Assembly: GCA_016190065.1 (NCBI GenBank)
Contig: JACPRI010000259.1
Span: forward strand, 1 to 54,179
Direction of reading: 5' to 3'
Source: Verrucomicrobiota bacterium
GTDB taxonomy: Bacteria; Verrucomicrobiota; Verrucomicrobiia; Limisphaerales; SIBE01
DNA length: 54,179 nt
Shown one piece after another: positions 17,294 to 25,066 of the stretch; position 1 is the first letter of the stretch; each line of letters starts with the position of its first letter. Both the position numbers and the translations under genes were made by a program. The notes beneath the pieces were generated by a model. That model ran no database searches. It was not told the DNA's origin and was given only the letters and a program-made list of their open reading frames with translations.

Positions 17294-18571
17294 CTACCGC
17301 ACCCCGCCGGCCTTCAGGAGATGCAGCGGATAAAACGTTTCGCGCCAGCGGATGCCGCCTTGGCGGAGCGTGACCCAGGCGGAATTCAAGACCGAGTAGA
17401 AGAGCACGGGAAAAATGAAAGGGGTGAGCACGGCGCCTCCCCAACCCCAACCCAGCCGGCGCGCGAGAAGGGCTGAGGGCCAAATTAACGAAAGCAAAGC
17501 CATTCCTGCCGCGAGCCCGGCCAGCGTCCCGGTAAACGGACCGATGGCCGCCACCGCGCAAACTGCCGGTCCGCCCAGGCCAAGCACGAAAGCGGGGACG
17601 GCTCGGTAATCCAGGGCCGCGAAATAATTCTTCTCCATGATTTTGATCATGCTCCGAGCCGTCGCGCCCCAGTGGCACTCGGTGTCGTCGCCGCCGATAA
17701 ACGCGCGCGTTCTCTTGCCGGACCGGCGCACGAGCAATCCAAGCCGCACGTCGTCCAGCACGGTCAACCGCAGCGCTTCATAGCCGCCGCATGCGCGATA
17801 AACCTCGGCGCGGACCAGATTGAACGCGCCCATTCCCAGATAGGCTTTCGGTTTGTCGTGGTTGACGCGCGAGATCCAGTCCACAATCGTCAACAGAAAG
17901 GCCAGGTGCCAGGCTTGGCCTGCGAGCGTTTCGGGAGCAACGCCCGGAGTGAGCGCGACGTGGTCGGCCCTTTCGCGGTTCGCCACGCGCAACGCCCGCG
18001 CCAGGACATCCGGCTTGAGCCAGCAATCGGCGTCCGTGAACAGAATCCATTCGCCGGTGGCCGCGCTTGCTCCCACATGACAGGCGTGGCACTTGCCCAG
18101 CCAGCCGTTCGGCAGCGAGTCCACACGCCGGACGCGCACGCGGGAGTCTTCCGCCGCGATTCGCTGAAGAATCTCATTCGTGCGGTCGGTGGAACGATCA
18201 TCAACGGCGAGGATTTCTATCTCGACGCCGCGCTGGCCGAGCAGATGGCGGATCGTCCGTTCGATGCGATCTTCTTCATTTCGGGCCGCGAGCACCACGG
18301 AACAACGAATGAAATCCGGCGCAGAGGCGGGAGAAGCTTCTAAATCTCTGGATGAGCCGATCCCCCTCATTCCATCCTTCTCCCCCACTGGAGGAGAAGG
18401 TGCCCGGGGGGCGGCGGCGGCGGATGCCTCTCGGTTTATGGTCCGTGCGCACACCCTTTCGGAACAAGTCGCTTCCCACGACGGCAGACGGCGCGCCCAT
18501 CGAGCGTGGAATACCGAACTCACGGCCTTGACGAAGAACAGTAGTGCGACGCCGGCGAAAATGAAGCTCAT
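17294..18571 (-). CDS. membrane-bound family-2 glycosyltransferase
   Basis: N-terminal TM helix. The GT2 core is VVLAARNEEDRIERTI ... ILAVDDRSTDRT ... ILFTDADCWL. C-terminal TM helices are present. Confidence 0.85.
   Translation of the reverse strand: MSFIFAGVALLFFVKAVSSVFHARWARRLPSWEATCSERVCARTINREASAAAAPRAPSPPVGEKDGMRGIGSSRDLEASPASAPDFIRCSVVLAARNEEDRIERTIRHLLGQRGVEIEILAVDDRSTDRTNEILQRIAAEDSRVRVRRVDSLPNGWLGKCHACHVGASAATGEWILFTDADCWLKPDVLARALRVANRERADHVALTPGVAPETLAGQAWHLAFLLTIVDWISRVNHDKPKAYLGMGAFNLVRAEVYRACGGYEALRLTVLDDVRLGLLVRRSGKRTRAFIGGDDTECHWGATARSMIKIMEKNYFAALDYRAVPAFVLGLGGPAVCAVAAIGPFTGTLAGLAAGMALLSLIWPSALLARRLGWGWGGAVLTPFIFPVLFYSVLNSAWVTLRQGGIRWRETFYPLHLLKAGGVR
18376..18400. repeat. 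family F-like hairpin inside the GT2 CDS
   Basis: CCTTCTCC-cccactgga-GGAGAAGG encodes PSPPVGEKDGMRG on the minus strand. Confidence 0.5.
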
Positions 18572-18758
18572 GCCGCCGCCAAGCTAGCGACGAAAGCTAA
18601 GGCGCGCGAGCAAATGATAGGCGTTGAAATGGCAGAAGGTTCTAACCAGGAAGTTACACCTTGGATGATCTACTTCAGCTCAGTAACAGACGCTTTGGTA
18701 GAAGAAGAGTTTGGCTTGCCTTTCAGAGGCAGCGAACCGCAAGATTCAGAACCGACTT

Positions 18759-20111
18759 ATGAAAACATTATTCTCGCCTCGACTATTTGGGAAATCCTTG
18801 TGCCTCGCCGCGACGATTCTCGCGTTGCCCGGTTTCGCCGCCGAGCCGCCCAAAGGTTTTACGGTCCTCTTCAACGGAAAGGATCTGTCCGGTTGGCGCG
18901 GAGGCGAGACCTTCGACCATCGCAAGCTGCTCGCCGCGCCCGAAGACCAGCGCGACGCACAGATCGCCAAGTGGACTCAAACCATGCGGGAACATTGGCG
19001 GGCCGAGAATGGCGAATTGGTCAACGACGGCCATGGCGCTTACGCGACCACGGAAAAGGACTACGGAGACTTTGAGTTTCTCATCGATTACAAGACTGTG
19101 CCGAAAGCCGACAGCGGCATCTACCTTCGCGGAGTGCCGCAGGTGCAAATTTGGGATCACACCAATGAGCGCGAGTTCAGGAACGGCTCGAACAAAGGCA
19201 GCGGCGGCCTTTGGAATAACAGCGCCGGCGCCCCGGGCAAAGATCCGCTCGTCCTCGCGGACAAACCGTTCGGCGAATGGAACAAGTTTCGGATCATCAT
19301 GGTTGGATCGCGCGTCAGCATCTGGCTCAACGACAAACTCGTCGTGAACCACGCCATTCTGGAGAATTACTACGATAAAAATGACAAGACACTCAAACCG
19401 GAGCAGCGACGCCCGGTGCCGAAGAAAGGGCCGATCCAGTTGCAAACGCACGGCGGCGAGATCCGGTGGCGCAACATTTTCCTCCGGGAAATCCCTTCCG
19501 ACGAAGCAAACGCCATCCTCGCACGAAATGAGGAGCCGGGATTCAAATCGGTATTCAATGGTCGCGACTTCGACGGCTGGGCCGGGCCGGTTGAGAACTA
19601 TGAGGTGAGAGACGGCACGATCATCTGCAAACCGGGCAAAGGCGGGACCATTTACACGAAAGACGAATTCAAAGACTTTGCCGCTCGCTTGGAGTTCAGA
19701 CTTCCGCCGGGAGGCAACAACGGTCTGGCGATTCGGTATCCCGGAAAGGGCGACCCCGCTTACGCCGGCATGTGCGAACTGCAAGTGCTCGACGACAATT
19801 ACGAGCAGGTGCGCGGCAAGATCGATCCGCGGCAAGCGCACGGCTCGGCCTACGGCATGGTCGCGGCGCATCGAGGCTATCAGCACGCGATCGGGGAATG
19901 GAACTTTCAGGAAGTCACGGTGAAAGGTTCGACGATCAAGGTGGAACTGAACGGGGCGGTCATCCTGAATACAGACCTCAGCAAGGTCAGCGAATTCATG
20001 GCCAACAGTCCACATCCCGGCAAAGACCTGGCCTCGGGTCGTTTCGGTTTCGCCGGACACAGTGATCCCGTTCAGTTTCGGAACATTCGCATCAAACCGC
20101 TGAGCAATTAA
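18759..20111 (+). CDS. secreted protein with two DUF1080 (3-keto-disaccharide-hydrolase-like) domains
   Basis: Signal peptide MKTLFSPRLFGKSLCLAATILALPGFA. GF..LFNGKDLSGW / FNGRDFDGW and ...IQLQTHGGEIRWRNI / FAGHSDPVQFRNIRI each occur once per domain. Confidence 0.88.
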   Translation: MKTLFSPRLFGKSLCLAATILALPGFAAEPPKGFTVLFNGKDLSGWRGGETFDHRKLLAAPEDQRDAQIAKWTQTMREHWRAENGELVNDGHGAYATTEKDYGDFEFLIDYKTVPKADSGIYLRGVPQVQIWDHTNEREFRNGSNKGSGGLWNNSAGAPGKDPLVLADKPFGEWNKFRIIMVGSRVSIWLNDKLVVNHAILENYYDKNDKTLKPEQRRPVPKKGPIQLQTHGGEIRWRNIFLREIPSDEANAILARNEEPGFKSVFNGRDFDGWAGPVENYEVRDGTIICKPGKGGTIYTKDEFKDFAARLEFRLPPGGNNGLAIRYPGKGDPAYAGMCELQVLDDNYEQVRGKIDPRQAHGSAYGMVAAHRGYQHAIGEWNFQEVTVKGSTIKVELNGAVILNTDLSKVSEFMANSPHPGKDLASGRFGFAGHSDPVQFRNIRIKPLSN

Positions 20112-20226
20112 GCAGCGAAGCCTTCTTTGGACAGGATTTACAGGATGAGCGGGGCGGACTCCGATGGCTTAAACGCCGAAAGGGTTGTGCCGAAAAAGTT
20201 CTTCCCAGCGTCAACTGCGAAAGCAG

Positions 20227-20856
20227 CTACGATTGGGCGTCGGGCGCAGTGGCGTCGGTCTTTCTGGCGCGCTGGCGTCTCGGCTTGAACAATTCCATCT
20301 GCCTTCCCTTGAAAAACTCATAGTTCTTCAGAATGCGGAGGATTTGCAGGAGATCGGACTTCTGGTAGTTGCGGTTGATTTCCACGCTGTCGATCAAATC
20401 GGCCAGCAGCGTGCCGAACGGAACGACCGTGTCGATGCCTTTGGTCTTGAGGAGTTCCAGCGTTTGCGCCCGGCCTTCTTCGTGTTGGGGCAACGCCGGC
20501 ACGACGAGAATTTTGGTCAACGCTCCTTCCGCGCCAAACGCGCGCGCCGCCCGCTGGAAAACTTTCGGATCGACAAACCGAAAAATCTCCGGCTGCCGGC
20601 TCAGCACGGCTGAACTGAAGGTCTCGGTATGCCAGCCTTTGACGACCACGATGGCGCGGGCCACGCGGCTCAAGTCGTCCGAACTCAACACCGGCGGAAG
20701 CGGCGCATCGGAGAGCTTCGGCTGCGGGTTGAACACCAGAAAATCGACCTCGGCGTCCTCGCGCTCGGTGCGCGGAATGAACTTCCGCTGCTGGCGCACG
20801 AGAAATCCGTGCAACTCGAAATACTCGCGGACGATGGTTTCGCTGACGGAAGACAT
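20227..20856 (-). CDS. hypothetical protein, co-transcribed with aroB
   Basis: 209-aa frame with balanced composition, beginning 19 nt after the aroB stop. No family recognised with confidence. Confidence 0.7.
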   Translation of the reverse strand: MSSVSETIVREYFELHGFLVRQQRKFIPRTEREDAEVDFLVFNPQPKLSDAPLPPVLSSDDLSRVARAIVVVKGWHTETFSSAVLSRQPEIFRFVDPKVFQRAARAFGAEGALTKILVVPALPQHEEGRAQTLELLKTKGIDTVVPFGTLLADLIDSVEINRNYQKSDLLQILRILKNYEFFKGRQMELFKPRRQRARKTDATAPDAQS

Positions 20857-20875
20857 CCGGGGTGGGATTTATGAT

Positions 20876-21982
20876 TTACGATTCATGATGGATGATTGGG
20901 GCCCCGTCCAAAACGCGTTCGATAAGCTGAACAGGGACCTGGTGGCCGAAGCTCGCCTCGCCCATGCCTTTTACGAGGACAAATTTGATTTCGCCGCCTC
21001 GGACCTTTTTGTCGAGCTTCATCGCGCTAAACAGTCTTTGCCGTTGTGCAGCGCTCAGCGCAATCGTCGTAGGCAACCCGGCGCGATCGAATAACGCCCG
21101 GATGCGACCGGCCTCGCGCTCGGGCAGTCCCAGCCAACGCGCGGAGATTCGGGCGGCGGCAACTTGCCCGATGGAAATGGCTTCGCCGTGCAGGAATCTG
21201 CCATAGCCGGAAATCGCTTCGATGGCATGTCCGATGGTGTGGCCAAAATTGAGGATGGCCCGGAGTCCGCTTTCTGTTTCGTCCTGGCCGACGACTTCGG
21301 CTTTGATCGCGCAACATCGCGCGACAATGGCTGAAAGCGTCGCGCGATCCCGGCGCAGGATCTTGTCCTGATCGCGCTCAAGGCGCCGGAACAACGCCGC
21401 ATCATAGATAATGCCGTATTTGATAACCTCCGCCAGCCCGGCGCGAAATTCTCGCGGCGGCAGCGAATCCAAAGTCGCCAAATCACAAAGGACAAATCGC
21501 GGCTGGTAAAACGCGCCGACCAGATTCTTTCCGGTTTTCAGATTCACGCCCACTTTGCCGCCGACCGAGCTATCGACTTGTGCCAGCAGGGTCGTCGGGA
21601 TTTGCACGAAAGCGATCCCGCGCAAATAGGTGGCTGCCGCAAACCCGGCCAGGTCGCCCACCACGCCACCGCCGAGGGCGACGATGAATGAACCGCGCTC
21701 CAAACGGTGCGCGGCGAGGCGATCATAACAGAATTGAACGGAGTTCAGACGTTTGGACGTCTCGCCGGCCGGAACGGAAATGAGAATGGAATCAAACCCG
21801 GCCTTCTGCAACGCACGCTGCACGGTCGCGCCGTAAAGAGCCGCTACGGTGCGGTCGGAAATGACCGCACAGCGCGAGGCCAGATGCCTTCGAGTACACT
21901 CCGTCGCCAGCCGGGACAAAGCGTCCGAGCCGATGAGGATGGGGTAGCTGCGGTCCCCTAGCGGGACCTTCACTGTGCGCAT
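20876..21982 (-). CDS. aroB: 3-dehydroquinate synthase
   Basis: RSYPILIG, GGGVVGDLAGFAAATYLRG and HTIGHAIE motifs. ATG 21982 is used; the ORF track starts at TTG 21988. Confidence 0.93.
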   Translation of the reverse strand: MRTVKVPLGDRSYPILIGSDALSRLATECTRRHLASRCAVISDRTVAALYGATVQRALQKAGFDSILISVPAGETSKRLNSVQFCYDRLAAHRLERGSFIVALGGGVVGDLAGFAAATYLRGIAFVQIPTTLLAQVDSSVGGKVGVNLKTGKNLVGAFYQPRFVLCDLATLDSLPPREFRAGLAEVIKYGIIYDAALFRRLERDQDKILRRDRATLSAIVARCCAIKAEVVGQDETESGLRAILNFGHTIGHAIEAISGYGRFLHGEAISIGQVAAARISARWLGLPEREAGRIRALFDRAGLPTTIALSAAQRQRLFSAMKLDKKVRGGEIKFVLVKGMGEASFGHQVPVQLIERVLDGAPIIHHES

Positions 21983-22032
21983 GGCCAAAGGATACGGACC
22001 ACACCGTGTCTGTCAAAGGTTTGGCGGACGAA

Positions 22033-22064
22033 GTCGTTAAAACGTTACTAGGTTAAATCGTTCA
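22033..22064 (-). repeat. 32-nt AT-rich octamer-phased motif, copy 1 (candidate promoter/operator of aroB)
   Basis: The minus strand reads TGAACGATTTAACCTAGTAACGTTTTAACGAC and ends 44 nt upstream of TTG 21988 (50 nt upstream of the called aroB ATG 21982). It is 29/32 identical to 27688-27719. Confidence 0.7.
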
Positions 22065-22139
22065 CGTCGGTTGATGCAGACCGGTGGGTGCAGTCGGTGC
22101 AGTCGCGAAGGGTTGTCTTCGGACCTTGTGGCGCATAAG

Positions 22140-23057
22140 ATGAGGCTCATGCGAATGTTGGTGTTTCTTCCGTCCTTGCTCGTTTTGAGCACACTCGCTT
22201 CGTGCAGCCGCGGCCCGGACTCAAAGCCGGCCTCAAGCAGCCAGTCCACCACCCACCTGCGGACCTTCGCCGTGAAAGGCGTTTTGAAGAAGCTGGAAGC
22301 CGGCAGCCGCACGGTCACGATTCAACATGAGGAGGTGCCGAATTTCATGCCGGCGATGACGATGCCTTTCACGGTGAAGGATACGAAGGAGCTGCAAGGA
22401 TTGGCGCCCGGCGACGCCATTTCATTCCAACTCCACGTCACCGCGGACGAGTCGTGGATCGACCAACTCCAGAAAACGGCCCGGCCGAGCACGAACGCGG
22501 CACCGGTGCGGCCGCCGGTGCGTTTGGTGCGCGACGTGGAGCCGTTGAAAGTCGGCGACACCATGCCGGATTATCGGTTCACAAACGAACTGGGGCAGGC
22601 GGTCAGTCTGAGTGATTTCAAAGGCAAAGCGCTGGCGCTGACCTTCATTTTCACGCGTTGTCCCGTGCCGGAGTTTTGCCCGCTGATGTCCCGCCATTTC
22701 GCGGCCGCGCAGAAGCAGCTCGCGGCGATGCCCAACGCGCCGACGAACTGGCATTTGCTGTCGATTTCGTTCGATCCGCATTTCGATACGCCCAGGGTCT
22801 TGCGGGCGTACGCGCAGATGTACCGGCCGGACGCCAGCCATTGGAGCTTCGTGACCGGCGCCCTGATCGACATCGATGCGATCACAGAACAGTTCGATCT
22901 TCCGATCGTCAAACAAGGAGAAAACTGGGAACACAAACTGCGGACCGTCGTCATCGACGCGGCCGGACGAATTCAGACCATCTTTCCGGGGAATCAATGG
23001 ACGGCGGAAGAGCTCGTGGCCGAGATCGTGAAAGCCGCGACGGCTCCCCAAGGGTGA
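22140..23057 (+). CDS. SCO1/SenC-family lipoprotein with N-terminal CusF-like metal-binding domain
   Basis: Lipobox LSTLASC. A CusF-like IQHEEVPNFMPAMTMPFTV is followed by the thioredoxin-fold KALALTFIFTRCPVPEFCP. Confidence 0.85.
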   Translation: MRLMRMLVFLPSLLVLSTLASCSRGPDSKPASSSQSTTHLRTFAVKGVLKKLEAGSRTVTIQHEEVPNFMPAMTMPFTVKDTKELQGLAPGDAISFQLHVTADESWIDQLQKTARPSTNAAPVRPPVRLVRDVEPLKVGDTMPDYRFTNELGQAVSLSDFKGKALALTFIFTRCPVPEFCPLMSRHFAAAQKQLAAMPNAPTNWHLLSISFDPHFDTPRVLRAYAQMYRPDASHWSFVTGALIDIDAITEQFDLPIVKQGENWEHKLRTVVIDAAGRIQTIFPGNQWTAEELVAEIVKAATAPQG

Positions 23058-23157
23058 TCTCTCCTCGGCAATTAAAGAAGTCTCGAGAGGAGGAGAGTGC
23101 CGGACAGCCGTGCGAAGGGAAGTCGGGCCTTTTGGGTGTGGCTTCCTGCCGCTGCCG

Positions 23158-25011
23158 CTACGCCGGTTGCTCAACGGCCACCGGGACAGGTTCGCTCGCC
23201 TTCCAGGTTTCGATGGCATCGATCCGATAGCGCTTGCGGGAACCGTCCATCTCAAATTCAACTTCCTCCCCCACCTTGTGATTCAGCAACGCTTGCCCGA
23301 GCGGCGTCAGATAGCTGATGACGTTCTTATCCGGGTCGCCGTCCCACGCGCCGAGAATGGAGAGAGATTCCTCGTGTCCGCTGTCCAGCTCGGTGACTTT
23401 CACTTGCGTTCCCAAGCCGACCACGTCGGTCTTCGGATTCAAGAAGTCCATGCCTCGCGCCCGCACCAGTTGCGTTTCCAGCTCGGATTTGCGCCGCATG
23501 AGGATCCGGTGCATTTCTTTGGCGGCTTTGTACTCGTGGTTTTCCCGGAGATCGCCGTAGCTGCGGGCGATGGCGATTTCCTTGGAGTTCGCCGGGATTC
23601 GCTTTTGCACCAGCTCGTTGTACTCGGATTTTCGGCGTTCCAGGCTGGCCCAGGAGACAAAGAAGCTCGTGTCCTGCTTGGTATGTTCGCCGGTGATGAG
23701 CGATTGCACGGCGGGATGGCTCTTCACGATGCGCGCGAGCAGCGAACGCTTGTCCATGTCGTCAAAACAAGGAGACAACTGCAACGCGCGGGTCAAATCC
23801 TTGATCACTTCCAGATCCGCCGACCCGATCAACTCCACGATCAGCTCCTGGTCATCCAGGATGAGATCGCGGAGCCGGTTCGATTTCTTCTCATTGAACT
23901 GGTCGCGTTCCATCGCCGTCAACATGGCGCGGAAAACCTCTGGACCGAGGATGTCCGCGAAGGCGTCGGAGCGCTCTTTGCCGAGCCAGAACAACAATTC
24001 GCTGCTGGCCTGGTGCTGGCTGACCAGGCGAGCCAGTTGCTCCTTCAACAGGTCGAGCTTGCTTTCGTGCACCAGCAAGTTCGCACATTCGCTGCAAAGC
24101 TTGGCTGAGACCGAGTTGAGCGCGCCCAGCAAGTATTCCACCCACCGGTCCGGGTACATTTCTCGAAACGATTGCAGCGCTCTTTTGTGCTTGGCGGCCG
24201 GGAGCGCTTCCAAAATCTGGCCGGCCTTGCTGGCTTGAGACCAGATGTCTTTATCGGTCAATTCGCCCTCTTGCGCCGGCAGACCCGCGGCGGCCCGGAG
24301 CTCGTCGCGCAGGAAGACCGCCTCCAGAGCGAGCGCCGACAGGGTGCGTTGATGGCTGGCAATGTCGGCGTTCAGGGCGGTGACCACTTCGGCGGCCGCG
24401 GCCTTTGCATCCGTCAGATCGACGAGGCTCTTCAGCAATTCGGTGGCGACCTGGATTTTGGCTTTGAGCCCCTTGGCGGCGCGAAACTCTTCCAGCAGCC
24501 GGCTCTGCAGGGAAACCTCTTTCGCGTGGTAAATGAGCGGTTCCGTTTTCTTCAGCGGCACTTGGAAGTGGCCGTCCTTCTTCAACTCACGCTTGGCCAC
24601 TTCCCACCATTTTTTCCAGTCCTCGGTAATGACATCCGGCACCAGGACCTGTTGGATCTGGTCGAGCGTTGCTTTCCCGCCGTAGCTTTGGATAACCAGC
24701 TTGATCAGATCCAGGTGGTGGAGGGCGGCCATCTGGCGAAGTGAAGCGAGGTCGGCCGCTTTCCGAACCAGGATGTGGTCGGTGGGAATGGGTTTAAGCG
24801 ATTCCGCGGCGAACGAAAGGTCCATAGAATGCCCCGCTTTGCCTTGAAAATCGATGCTGAACCGGCAGAAGACCGTATCGACCGTCGTGATTTTTCCGAA
24901 GCCCCAACTGCGGTGCGTACAGTATCCTCCCTTGGCGAGCTGCAAGAGCGGCTCCAGGTGTTGCCGGCTGATCTTGCCGGCGGCGACTAGCTTTTCAAAC
25001 TCTTCTCTCAT
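23158..25011 (-). CDS. long GreA/GreB-family transcription factor homolog
   Basis: The C-terminal 150 aa carry GDLRENHEYKAAKE and the GreA C-terminal domain (ISYLTPLGQALLNHKVGEEV). They are preceded by about 460 aa of unassigned helical sequence. ATG 25011 is preferred to TTG 25023. Confidence 0.8.
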   Translation of the reverse strand: MREEFEKLVAAGKISRQHLEPLLQLAKGGYCTHRSWGFGKITTVDTVFCRFSIDFQGKAGHSMDLSFAAESLKPIPTDHILVRKAADLASLRQMAALHHLDLIKLVIQSYGGKATLDQIQQVLVPDVITEDWKKWWEVAKRELKKDGHFQVPLKKTEPLIYHAKEVSLQSRLLEEFRAAKGLKAKIQVATELLKSLVDLTDAKAAAAEVVTALNADIASHQRTLSALALEAVFLRDELRAAAGLPAQEGELTDKDIWSQASKAGQILEALPAAKHKRALQSFREMYPDRWVEYLLGALNSVSAKLCSECANLLVHESKLDLLKEQLARLVSQHQASSELLFWLGKERSDAFADILGPEVFRAMLTAMERDQFNEKKSNRLRDLILDDQELIVELIGSADLEVIKDLTRALQLSPCFDDMDKRSLLARIVKSHPAVQSLITGEHTKQDTSFFVSWASLERRKSEYNELVQKRIPANSKEIAIARSYGDLRENHEYKAAKEMHRILMRRKSELETQLVRARGMDFLNPKTDVVGLGTQVKVTELDSGHEESLSILGAWDGDPDKNVISYLTPLGQALLNHKVGEEVEFEMDGSRKRYRIDAIETWKASEPVPVAVEQPA

Positions 25012-25066
25012 AGATTCAATCAACGGGCCGTCTCACAGTCCCTTTGTATCATTAAGATTATTATCA

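Noticed and set aside
18783-20060. A 425-aa minus-strand ORF antisense to the DUF1080 gene.
   Set aside because: The plus strand has the signal peptide and two DUF1080 signatures. The antisense product has no motif.
23059-23097. A possible terminator hairpin, CTCTCCTC-23 nt-GAGGAGAG, after the SCO1-type gene.
   Set aside because: The loop is too large and there is no U-tract. I did not annotate it as a feature.
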